From Flectonema sp. DT1601 (Eukaryota): DNA of 64,000 bases. Position 1 is the stretch's first letter, and the number at the start of each line of letters is the position of its first letter. The stretch is from assembly GCA_964019425.1 (NCBI GenBank), contig OZ025786.1:1054001-1118000 (forward strand), written 5' to 3'. Below the pieces are notes generated by a model. The model saw only the letters and a program-made list of their open reading frames with translations. It was not told the DNA's origin and did no database searches. Both the position numbers and the translations under genes were made by a program. Below are positions 43,175 through 52,769 of the stretch, in pieces.

Positions 43175-43499
43175 AATGTTCTTTCTCTTTCTTTCCGCTT
43201 TGCGGTCCCTATGGGTGAGCTGCGTTCAACGAAATATAAGGTTAATCTGAATGGTTTTTGTACCGACGTAGTCGGAGAAGAAACTATTCAGATTGAAAAC
43301 CGATTATTTCTTATGGTCATGATTTATTTTCCCCGTGCGACAGGATTTTGTCTGCGTTCAACGAAATATAAGGTTAATCTGAATGGTTTTTTCATCTCGA
43401 AGACATGTTTTACAAGCGAAAGAGAATTGTGGCAGTGTAACGTTAACCCTTACTTTATAGGCTTGTTTCACAAACAAAATATATAGGCACACACTAACA

Positions 43500-44500
43500 A
43501 TGTTGAAACCTTATCTTGTCACGATTGTGATGTGACGGAGGTTAACTGGGGTGAGATCAACATCCCGAAGACGGGTGCAAACAAGAAGGGTGAAACCCAC
43601 GACGAGGCCTTCATCTGCGTGAGATGTGGCCGCCGGTGCGATAAACAGTGCTTGGAGCACAAAATGACTGCGGCAGTGGCTGCGTCGATCATGTGGACCT
43701 GTCCTCTCTGCACCTGGCTCGTCGACAAGGGTCAAGAGATCATCCCAAAGGCAAGTGGCCAGGGTTACTCTTAGTGAAGAGAAATGCGACGACGAACTTG
43801 AAGAGTTCAATGTAGTGAAGAGGAGGAAAACCGGGTATGGTCCATTCCCAGAGAATGCGAAGGTGATGGCAATCTCTCCAGACCCTTACCTAGACGTTTC
43901 ACGTGGAAGCTGTGTGGTGTTCTTATCTGGAGGTTCTACGCATTAGGTGGTCCACTGAGATTCCTAAGACCAGTTCTAGCATGGATGTTGCGAATCGCAG
44001 CTCAAGGAGGAGCATGGTTGAGTACCGTTGTGATGGACTCAGAAATACGAACCAAAGTAGAGGACCAACTCTCAGCATTTGTGACGACAGACGGGCAAAG
44101 TGGGTAGATGAATACGCTAAACCAGAGTTCTGGATTGCCACTGATGCAAGTGATGCAGGGTGGGGAATCGTGATTTATGAAACTGGTGTGAAGGAATGGG
44201 GCGAGTTCCGATATCCTGAAGCTAGTGATATATTTGTCAAGGAAATGTTTGCTCTCTGCAGAGGTATACTACAACTTATAGATGGTGACACACCGATGGA
44301 GATCTGTGCCATGTGGACAACATGGCGGTAGTGGCGGCCGCGAGACGCGGTTATACCTTAGTTGCCAAGGCTTCACACATGCTAGAGTTTGTTATGAAGA
44401 AGCTTAGGAGGCGGGATCGAGTTTACGAGTGGTTTACATCCCGTCGAAGGAGAATCCTGCTGACGAACCTTCGAGACGTGCTCGGAAGGTGGAACGCAAA
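43500..44500 (+). pseudogene. Decayed relic of an older DIRS-type element: PHD-like finger and frameshifted RNase H
   Basis: SCHDC...FICVRCGRRCDKQC...WTCPLC (43514-43720); IATDASDAGWG, DIFVKEMFA, VDNMAVV, YIPSKENPADEPSR spread over shifted frames (44130-44480). Confidence 0.7.
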
Positions 44501-44711
44501 TATGTAAGGTCATAAAAAAAATAAAAAAAAAACTGGGGTAGTGTTTTAAATATCAAGGGTAGAGCGAAATGCGGTGCGTCCCTAAAAGAAATTAGAGAAG
44601 TGTTTAAATATTAAGGGGTCCGGTTGCGCACAAACAAAAACAAAGTGTGAGAATTATTTAGTGAGGTGCCGATTCTTTTTTTCATCTCATCATCGGCGCT
44701 GGTTGCATTCA

Positions 44712-44886
44712 CTAACCAATAGTGGTGACACTACTAAGACTTGAAAGGTCAAGAGAAGTGATTTGTTCACAGATATAAGAAACTATCACCAATAGTGGTG
44801 ACACTACTAAGAAAGGTCAAGCATAGTAATTTGTTTACAGTAATTCAAGAAATCATCACCACTATTACACTACTAAGACCTGAAAG
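44712..44886. repeat. Degenerate tandem repeat, ~70-nt unit, about 2.5 copies
   Basis: ACCAATAGTGGTGACACTACTAAGA...GAAAGGTCAAG recurs. Confidence 0.65.
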
Positions 44887-46349
44887 CTTTTACCGAATAT
44901 CCTAAACTTCTTATTCCACATTTCCAACTAGCTGTTTGCAAACTGCCACAACCCCCATCAGTTTCGCGGTATCACCAGCAAACGAGAGTTCAACTTCCTC
45001 CGGATCGACATCCCACCGCCGTCAACACATCCCTCACAACCGAATCAGCACCAGCCGTCACTGCGGGGAGTCCCCGGACATGTCACAAAAACTTGCATTG
45101 TTACTTTATTTTTTGAGCTACAGGCTGTTAATATATGGCTGCTGTGTAAAGAATGTGCAGATGTTGTGTTCCAAACGCCAGGCAGCAACAATTATCCCTT
45201 GAATCATGCCTGATGGGGCTTACCAATATAACAATGTGTCCTCTCTCATAATGCATATCATAAATGAGGTACATTCAAGAGGAGCAGGTACTTCAGCAGT
45301 GAAGCTGCTAGGCGTTGGCGATGAACAAAAGAAGGCAAAAACCTGGAACCGCAGAGACAGGCAGTGAACCATAGTCTAATCTGACTACCGGCTTGTTGAG
45401 TGTGACGCTTCGCTTGTGCATATCCAACATGCAAAAGTTCCTGATGTCAACTCTGCTGATTGAATGCGTTGTGAGATTGTTCCTTAATTAGCTTGTCATA
45501 GTCGTTCTCAACAATTTTGCATGAAGCTCGACCGTGAACATTCCCAAGTGTTGTATCAACTGTACATCCCTGAAGAGAGAGACCTCACAGTGCAGTGTTG
45601 TGATCCTTTTAACAAGTGCATGTACTACCCACCGCAACAAGCTGGAGGCCTAGAAACCCACATTCACAATCCTACTGGAAGAAAAGCTCAAATCTGTATG
45701 AAGCACCTACTTTAGCGTGCATGAGCCATTCATGGAAGCTTCGGAGTAACTTTGTATTCCTGTGAGAGTGAAAGTACCGTTTATGTCATATTGCCATTCA
45801 GGGAAACCCTCAAGGAAACACACACGCCTTTGCCTTTTGCAGCTGCAGCAAGATGAAGAAAACCGGACACAAAAAAATTGTAATATCGCGCGTTACAAGC
45901 AAAATAAAGCACACAGAAAACACCCTTTCTAGTGGAGTTTAATACGACAACAAAAAGCAACAACAAATTCCAAAGGGGTGGTGGTAGTTTTGACGATGCA
46001 GTAATAAACCTTATAATAAGCAATAAGGTTAAACTGAAAAAAATGCCAAAGGTTAACTGTTTGAGCATACTTTTAATGATATAAACATATGTATTGAATC
46101 AAGAGTTAATTAATAGCAAATTAAATATAATAATTATTAATTTACGAGACAGTTGGCTAAAGTTACTTTAACTCTGCAAATGTCGTAAAAACTAAACATT
46201 CTAATCGATGTTTATATAATCCTAAGATCACACCGAGGATTGTTCACCCGGTCCAAAGTATAATAATTGCACTGTGGGCTTACCGAAAGAAGCTTTACAA
46301 CGTACCACAAAACTTGGGCAGAGCCATCTCACTCAGCAGAGGCCATGGA

Positions 46350-46492
46350 AGTAGGCATCCTATAATGAGTGTGTAACAACTCACTTGCCGAATGAACGGT
46401 CCCAAAAATGGATGATGCTCAAGCGATCCACTCATAGTCGGCCGAGGTCCGGTATTAAAGCCGGCCTTGAGTAGGAGTGCGTGATCCATGCC
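46350..46492 (+). rRNA. Degenerate LSU rRNA fragment (GTPase-associated region), with a smaller domain V-like piece at ~46236-46285
   Basis: GGCCATGGAAGT, GAGTGTGTAACAACTCAC.TGCCGAAT, AAAATGGATG.TGCT, GAGTAGGAG; upstream GGATTGTTCACCC. Confidence 0.8.
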
Positions 46493-47658
46493 GCGAAAAC
46501 GAAGATGACAGTCAGTTTATGGTCATAACCGCGCCGGACCTCACAGAAGGTACGGGAAAAGAAAGAGAAAAAAAAAAGTGTTTTGGAAAAATCAAAAAAC
46601 ACAAACAACAATATCACACTTGGCTTATTTTTCAAAAAACACACGGCGAAAACCAAAATCGGGATTTAACCAAAAAAACATGTTTCAACAGGCAACGAAC
46701 TCGAAAAACACACACGATCAGCACGCGGAGTAGAAGTCAGAACCGGGGAAGGTCTCACCCCACATTTTCATTTTCTTTTTTTTTATTTAGTTCCCTTGTA
46801 ATGGTTCTAATTCTGGTTTTTTTTTTTTTTTTTTTTGATCTTGTAACCTTCCGAAGTAACAAAGATCAGGGTTTTTTTGTTTTTTTTCCAGTTACTAGAG
46901 CGCAAAAGGAAAAAAAATTAAAAAAAGAGGGATTGTTTTTAAACTAAAGTTGCGTCCTACAACCTAAAGAGAGGACCCGCCCTCGGTCGGAATAGCTAAC
47001 AGAACAAGAAGAATTAAACAGCCAAAACTCAACCAAGTGGTCCCTTCTTTGGCTGTCTGAGGCAGAGATATGATTAAAAAAAATAAATTAAAAAGTAAAA
47101 CACCATTTCCAAACTCTCACTTAAAAACCAAAATGGACGTGGATGGATTTGAAATCCGCTAGACACACTTGCCAGCATAAAACAACGGGGAATAAATAAA
47201 TCATAATCAACTATTCCAACGCGAACGACATAACGTACGGAAATCATACAAAGAGAACCCACATACGAATTTTATTTTTCCAACAGGAAAGAAAAATAAA
47301 AAAATTACAACGCAAAGTTACCCGCAACAATGATGATGAAAAAAGTTCTCCTTTATTTTCTTTTTCCTTTTCCCCCTTTTCTTCAACCTTTACTTTATGT
47401 AAAGAAAATCGATAAGTCACTGCTGTTACACTTCCTTCTTTTTTTGGGTTTTTTTCCTTCTTGAGAGTCTGGGTAGTGTTTTACCTATTCACTTAATATA
47501 GAAGTCAACAGTACTCTACTAAAGGAGAGAACACGAATTAGAGAATTTAAAGAAAATTACAATTTTACGAATTACAACAGAACAGGCAACCCTGATGTGT
47601 CGGAGAATAAGACAACAAAGAAAAGGCTATGAAACTTGAAGTGTTTGTCTGTTTTATT

Positions 47659-49440
47659 CTAGTGAGCAGACGGGGTGTTGTCGGTCTCTCTCTCAAACAG
47701 GAGGACTATATAAGATAAGAATAGAATTGCGTGGACTGCTCCCTGCAACATACCAACACGACCTCCAAGGAAGGTCGTCAAGGTCACTACAAGAGTGAGG
47801 GCGAGCTCACATATTCCTAAAGGGTCAAGCCCCAGTTCAACATCCTTACCAGTTATAAAACTGATGATTAAGACTGCAGGAACAGTGAGACCAATCGTAG
47901 ATAAAGCTGACCCGAGTGCGATATTAACAGTTCTCTGAATCTTGTTAGCGCGGGCAGCCTTAACAGCACCCATTCCCTCAGGTGATAAAACCAATATGGC
48001 TACTAAGAAACCACCTAAAGCATGCGGAGCATTCAAACTGTTAACAATATGTTTGACCATAATGGCTAACTTCTCAGCGCACAAACTAATTGGAACCATA
48101 CTCGCTACTAAGAAGAACGAATGTGACTTCACAGATCTAATGACTAACCCTTCGTGTTCATCGTCAGCATGACTGGGGTTTTCGTCTATTGGTCTGAATG
48201 GCTGTAAGTTATCATTTTCGTTGCTGGCACCTTCAAGAAATGCAAGACCTCCCATCTGTCCAGAAGATGAGCATATCTGACGACTCAAGTGATTGAGTTG
48301 GGAAGTAAGTCTGGACTGCGTCGATTTTAGTTTTTGCAATTCATGAATAGCAGCGTTGTATGGTTCCGGACTTGGACTTGGACTCGGAGATTCCTCACCG
48401 TCCTGAGCCAGATACATACTACTCCTCCCCTGGGATGCGTCGATGTCTACCAACGCGTGTGCTTCAGCTGTTGGTGCCTCAAAAGTCTCACCGGCAGGTG
48501 GAGAGTCTTGAGGAGTATCTTCACGACCATTAGCATCATGCATAAAGTACGCAGGATGGTACTTCGTCTGAACCAAAAGAAAACATCCATACAAAAGTGC
48601 TGAGCAAATCATTAAGAAAATACCATGAAAGGTTGAAACTTCTCCTCCAGGCGCCCCGTCTGTAAGACGTGGCACCACAAGTGACAAGATTGCCAATGGA
48701 AGGATAACATTTAAGAATGACTGAGAAGACCGGAGGTTGTATTCTTGCTCACTGTGACGAATACCTCCAATAATTAGAGTGAATCCCAACATTCCATTTA
48801 ATACGATCATTATAACTGAGAACATCGTGTCTCTAGCAAGAGTCTTTTCTTCACCAGTAATCATTAATGCAGCCATCATAATAACTTCAATACTAATTAC
48901 AGAGATTGTTAATATCAATGTCCCATAAGGCTCTCCCAGCTTCACAGCCAAACAGTCGGCGTGTCTAACGACGGCAAAGGCGTGCCACAAAATAATTAAA
49001 AAGATCCAAGTAAACACCAATATGAATGGAACGAGTGCTAAGTCTTCTAAGACGTGGTGTTCCTTAGCCCAGACCATGAAGAAGATACCTGTGGCTAGTC
49101 CGACAAGTATGTGATATTCTCTTTTTAAATATGAAAGGAATGTGTCTTCTTCGTCGGCGTCCCTCGGGATACCGATCGGGTGTGTGACTGACATTCTTGC
49201 AGAGCCTGCCCAACTCCGTCTGCCGTCGGTTCTTCTACTGAATCTATTCGACAGAGCTGGAGTGTTCCTACCGAGTGGTGTTCTCGCTGACGTTATTGAA
49301 ACACGAGCTGATCCTCCTTCAGCAACACTTAATCCATCCCCAGGCTCTACGCTTACCCTCCCAGTTAAGTTTCCACCAGCCACGGGTGGGTTGTTCCCCG
49401 ATGGCGGTACTGCATCTCCCTTATCATCCTGTGAAAGCAT
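47659..49440 (-). CDS. chaA: Ca2+/H+ antiporter of the CaCA superfamily, bacterial ChaA-like
   Basis: LAVKLGEPYGTLILTISVISIEV, LARDTMFSVIMIVLNG, IGGIRHSEQEYN, LSPEGMGAVKAA, NIALGSALSTIGLTVPAV, LQGAVH. Two transmembrane halves separated by an acidic loop. Confidence 0.88.
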   Translation of the reverse strand: MLSQDDKGDAVPPSGNNPPVAGGNLTGRVSVEPGDGLSVAEGGSARVSITSARTPLGRNTPALSNRFSRRTDGRRSWAGSARMSVTHPIGIPRDADEEDTFLSYLKREYHILVGLATGIFFMVWAKEHHVLEDLALVPFILVFTWIFLIILWHAFAVVRHADCLAVKLGEPYGTLILTISVISIEVIMMAALMITGEEKTLARDTMFSVIMIVLNGMLGFTLIIGGIRHSEQEYNLRSSQSFLNVILPLAILSLVVPRLTDGAPGGEVSTFHGIFLMICSALLYGCFLLVQTKYHPAYFMHDANGREDTPQDSPPAGETFEAPTAEAHALVDIDASQGRSSMYLAQDGEESPSPSPSPEPYNAAIHELQKLKSTQSRLTSQLNHLSRQICSSSGQMGGLAFLEGASNENDNLQPFRPIDENPSHADDEHEGLVIRSVKSHSFFLVASMVPISLCAEKLAIMVKHIVNSLNAPHALGGFLVAILVLSPEGMGAVKAARANKIQRTVNIALGSALSTIGLTVPAVLIISFITGKDVELGLDPLGICELALTLVVTLTTFLGGRVGMLQGAVHAILFLSYIVLLFERETDNTPSAH

Positions 49441-49968
49441 GCTCACTGCTGCTGTAAATTCTGTGTTTTGGGGAGCAAAATAGCCACAATGGGATACGTT
49501 GTTATATGTTCAACAGTTCGTACTATCGCATCAGTCAAGTTGCCTGTAATGAATTAATAACAAACTGAATGATAAAATACTCTGAACCAAATAACGAAAT
49601 AACATCACGAACAGGAAGATATTTTTTTCTTTTTTTTTTTTGTACAGACTTTTTAGCTACCAGACTTTGTTGGAACACCGAGCCAGGTGAGCAGAGACGG
49701 GACAGGTGTTACAAATTAGTGTCCTGGGGACACAACTAGCCAAGGAAGGCGAAGAAGAATAAGAAGAAGAACTAAAAATATCCGCAAAGTACATTCTACT
49801 AAAACAGAACCCAACTACTCATTAAACACACAACACAATAAGAGATACAGCTGAGAGTGTTACACACAAAAAAACATCTCATTGCCGTCACATACTACGA
49901 AACCCATCACTGCGAGTTTCCGCGACTTGTAAATCAATCAAAAGTGCCATATTATCATCCCACAGTAA

Positions 49969-52503
49969 TTACATGCCGCTGTATTGCATTGCTGGAGGAA
50001 ATCGAGACTGTGGTGTCAACACATCAGCAGGAAGTCCCCGACGAGCACGTTCATCATGAAGCATGTGAGTGAATGCCTGGCGGATTGACGAGGAGGCCAT
50101 TGAGGGTTGTGAATCAAACGATTGATGAGAGAAGCGACCTGAAGAACGAGGTGGAGATGTGATGGCGACATTCCTGGTGACAGGCATCGCCAAGTGAGGA
50201 ACAACTGACAGGTCATTCCACCCCATTGAATGAGCTTGATAGTTTTGGTGGTGATGTCGTTGTTGTTGTTGTTGCTGCTGAAACTCTACAGGTTGAGGAT
50301 CGTAATAAGAACGAGTTGGAGACACATCAGTACCGACCTCCATGACTTCAATAAACGGACGAGACTCATCAACAACATTAATTTCTTTTGTCGAGTGAAG
50401 TTGGATTTGTTGAATAGACGACTGCTGCTGATGATGTTGTTGTATCGCACTTCGGTCCAAAACAACATCCGACATCGGAGACAATACCTCAGTCGGAGAT
50501 CCAGCAGTGCGTCTCAGAGAACCATCGCTGCTGTCAGAGAGAGCGATGACTGGTCTGAATTTCGGATTTATATCAACAGACTGGTCAACTACTCTGAACA
50601 TCGGTTCGCTGTTGACAACACAAATCTCTCTCTCAGCGCGGATGGTTCTCTCAGACATCGACGACGGGTCAGTGAGAGAACTCAAATAAACACTTTTTAC
50701 CTCATCTGATTTAGATGGAATATCAGCAGAGGTTCCTTTGTCAGCAGTGTTTGTGAGAGTGTTTGATTTCTTACTGCGGAAGAAACAAGTCGAGTTGTTT
50801 ATTATATTTTTATGTGACAGCTCAATCATCCTGCCTTCACCCGTAACGATATCGACTGTGGAGGGATCTGTTGAGAGGTTCAGTTTAGAAATCGCTCTTT
50901 TTTTAATGTCGTCAGCAGAATCTGAAGGTTTTATTTTTATACTAGCACGCGCACCTCCAAAGGCCTGGAATGTTATGTGCTTCTCTGTTGTATCGGAGTC
51001 ATCTGTACCTTCTCCAGAGAGAAGCATGCAGAACTTTGTAACTGAGATGTCGTTGTTTGTATTTGTGGTGGCGGCCAGAGTCAAGTCTACAACATCTTCG
51101 TCGATGTCAGAGCTGAGAAGACCAATTTTAAATTTTCGTCTGCAAACGACGTGATCGTTACCTCTCACTTCAACATTGAACTGCTGTACAAAATCGGTAA
51201 CACTTCCACTGCCTGATGTAATCCTTTCTCTGACATGAAGCAACTGATTCTCCAACAAGACTGGAGCTGAAGGAGCAGTCCCAGTTGTCCTCATCCCAAC
51301 ATCATCTGTTGAAGTGTTCTTTTCAGCACTCGGTGCCCTGTCTACCTCAACAGTATTAATACCCATTGTTGCTGTGCTGACTCTTTTTATCTCTTCCCCA
51401 CTTGAGTCAGCTCCCACAATAGATCGCTTCTGTTCTTTACTTAAAGTGAATTGAGCAGCTAAGGGATCCTTTTGTACTCTCTTGGCAGGTGTTCTCTTTT
51501 TAGGTTCGGTTTTCACTTTTGTATCATCCTTACTGGGTAATTTTATTGGAAGTGGTAGAGGCATTATTGAAGAGGACGGAGAGACATCACGAGAACCAGC
51601 ATTCGATAATTTATTTACGGAATTGTGAAGGGCCAATGCTGCAGCTGCGGCAGCTGCGGCCGGGGGTTGCTGAGGCTGAGGACGTTGCTGAGGCTGAGGA
51701 CGTTGAATTGCGCTATTTCGTACCTGAGCAGGTGGCTGAGCAGGTTTTGAAGTTCCAGTATTAACAAGTGACGAGTAATCAGTTGATGCCGTCGTAGATC
51801 TCGAACCTCTTCCATAACTGGGAGTTAGAGACACATCACTTCCGAATAAAGGTTTCTTTAAGTCAACTGATTCCAATCTCTCAGAGTTCGGTGCCTTTGG
51901 AGCTTCTTTAGAAGCGATGCTTTCCTTTGTACTTTGTCGTTGTTCTCCATCTCGTTTCTTCGGCTTTTCCTCACTCGGTTTTTCTATTGAGATCATTGGT
52001 GTGCCTCCAATTCCTTTAACTCCAGTTTTCGGACCCAAACCTCTGCCATCATCAGGTGGTAATTTAGATGGAAACACATTTCGTACTTTCGGAGTGCTCA
52101 TGCCTGCGGAGATGACGTTATTTTTTGAGACCTGCTTCGGTGTGGTTGTTTTCTGTCCTCTCTCAGACACAGGATGTTTGACCTTTGCTGGTGGTGGTGG
52201 TGCCGGAGGAGCTGCTGGACTTGACGACTTAGAACTTCCAGTAGTATCTGTCTGCTTCACTCCACTGAGTCCCTTCCAAGTAGGCATCGTATTCGCGTTT
52301 GATGACAGGGACGTCCTCGTTGTTGAGGACACTGATGTCCCCCTCCCACGTGGTGCTGCTAGTTTCATTTTATAGCCCACGCTGTGAAAAAATAAAAGTA
52401 ATGGTTGACTCTTTTCCGACTTGCAACACACATCACAAACCTGTTGTTTAAACAATAAAATAGTAAAGTTGTCCAACCAGCCACACAGTGCAAACCGCGA
52501 CAT
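49969..52503 (-). CDS. Hypothetical Pro/Ser-rich protein with a central Ubl/PB1-like segment (start may be 52368)
   Basis: 844-aa open frame. 'ITFQAFGGARASIKIKPSDSADDIKKRAISKLNL' resembles a beta-grasp fold. Confidence 0.6.
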   Translation of the reverse strand: MSRFALCGWLDNFTILLFKQQVCDVCCKSEKSQPLLLFFHSVGYKMKLAAPRGRGTSVSSTTRTSLSSNANTMPTWKGLSGVKQTDTTGSSKSSSPAAPPAPPPPAKVKHPVSERGQKTTTPKQVSKNNVISAGMSTPKVRNVFPSKLPPDDGRGLGPKTGVKGIGGTPMISIEKPSEEKPKKRDGEQRQSTKESIASKEAPKAPNSERLESVDLKKPLFGSDVSLTPSYGRGSRSTTASTDYSSLVNTGTSKPAQPPAQVRNSAIQRPQPQQRPQPQQPPAAAAAAAALALHNSVNKLSNAGSRDVSPSSSIMPLPLPIKLPSKDDTKVKTEPKKRTPAKRVQKDPLAAQFTLSKEQKRSIVGADSSGEEIKRVSTATMGINTVEVDRAPSAEKNTSTDDVGMRTTGTAPSAPVLLENQLLHVRERITSGSGSVTDFVQQFNVEVRGNDHVVCRRKFKIGLLSSDIDEDVVDLTLAATTNTNNDISVTKFCMLLSGEGTDDSDTTEKHITFQAFGGARASIKIKPSDSADDIKKRAISKLNLSTDPSTVDIVTGEGRMIELSHKNIINNSTCFFRSKKSNTLTNTADKGTSADIPSKSDEVKSVYLSSLTDPSSMSERTIRAEREICVVNSEPMFRVVDQSVDINPKFRPVIALSDSSDGSLRRTAGSPTEVLSPMSDVVLDRSAIQQHHQQQSSIQQIQLHSTKEINVVDESRPFIEVMEVGTDVSPTRSYYDPQPVEFQQQQQQQRHHHQNYQAHSMGWNDLSVVPHLAMPVTRNVAITSPPRSSGRFSHQSFDSQPSMASSSIRQAFTHMLHDERARRGLPADVLTPQSRFPPAMQYSGM

Positions 52504-52769
52504 AAGTCGTAAAATTGAGATTTAAGAAAAAAAAATTAATTTAAGGAAAGTTGCGAAGGGTGGGGAAGCCACGCAGTAAAACACACGCACAAAAAGATAC
52601 AAACGGACAACTTGTTTCCGTATACGGAGCGAATGCGTGTACGCAGATTTTTTTTTTTTTTTTTTTTACAGTTTTTGTATCTTGCTCGAAATAATTCATT
52701 TTCGGCCATCAAACGAATTTTCTTTAAATAACAACAACCAACTTTCAAAATCAGTTGGCTACAGACTAA

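Larger units (their letters stand above)
39157..43392 (+). mobile_element. Tyrosine-recombinase (DIRS order) retrotransposon, VIPER/TATE-like gene order gag-YR-RT/RNase H, split direct repeats A1...B1-A2-B2
   Basis: A1 39157-39263 is identical to A2 43260-43366. B1 43220-43259 is identical to B2 43352-43391. T-runs at both ends; YR and RT/RH ORFs intact. Confidence 0.93.

Noticed and set aside
45200..45715. Possible decayed RT thumb (VKLLGVG ... YYPPQQAGGL)
   Set aside because: Only two weak motifs in broken frames and no catalytic box; needs a TBLASTN or HMM search.
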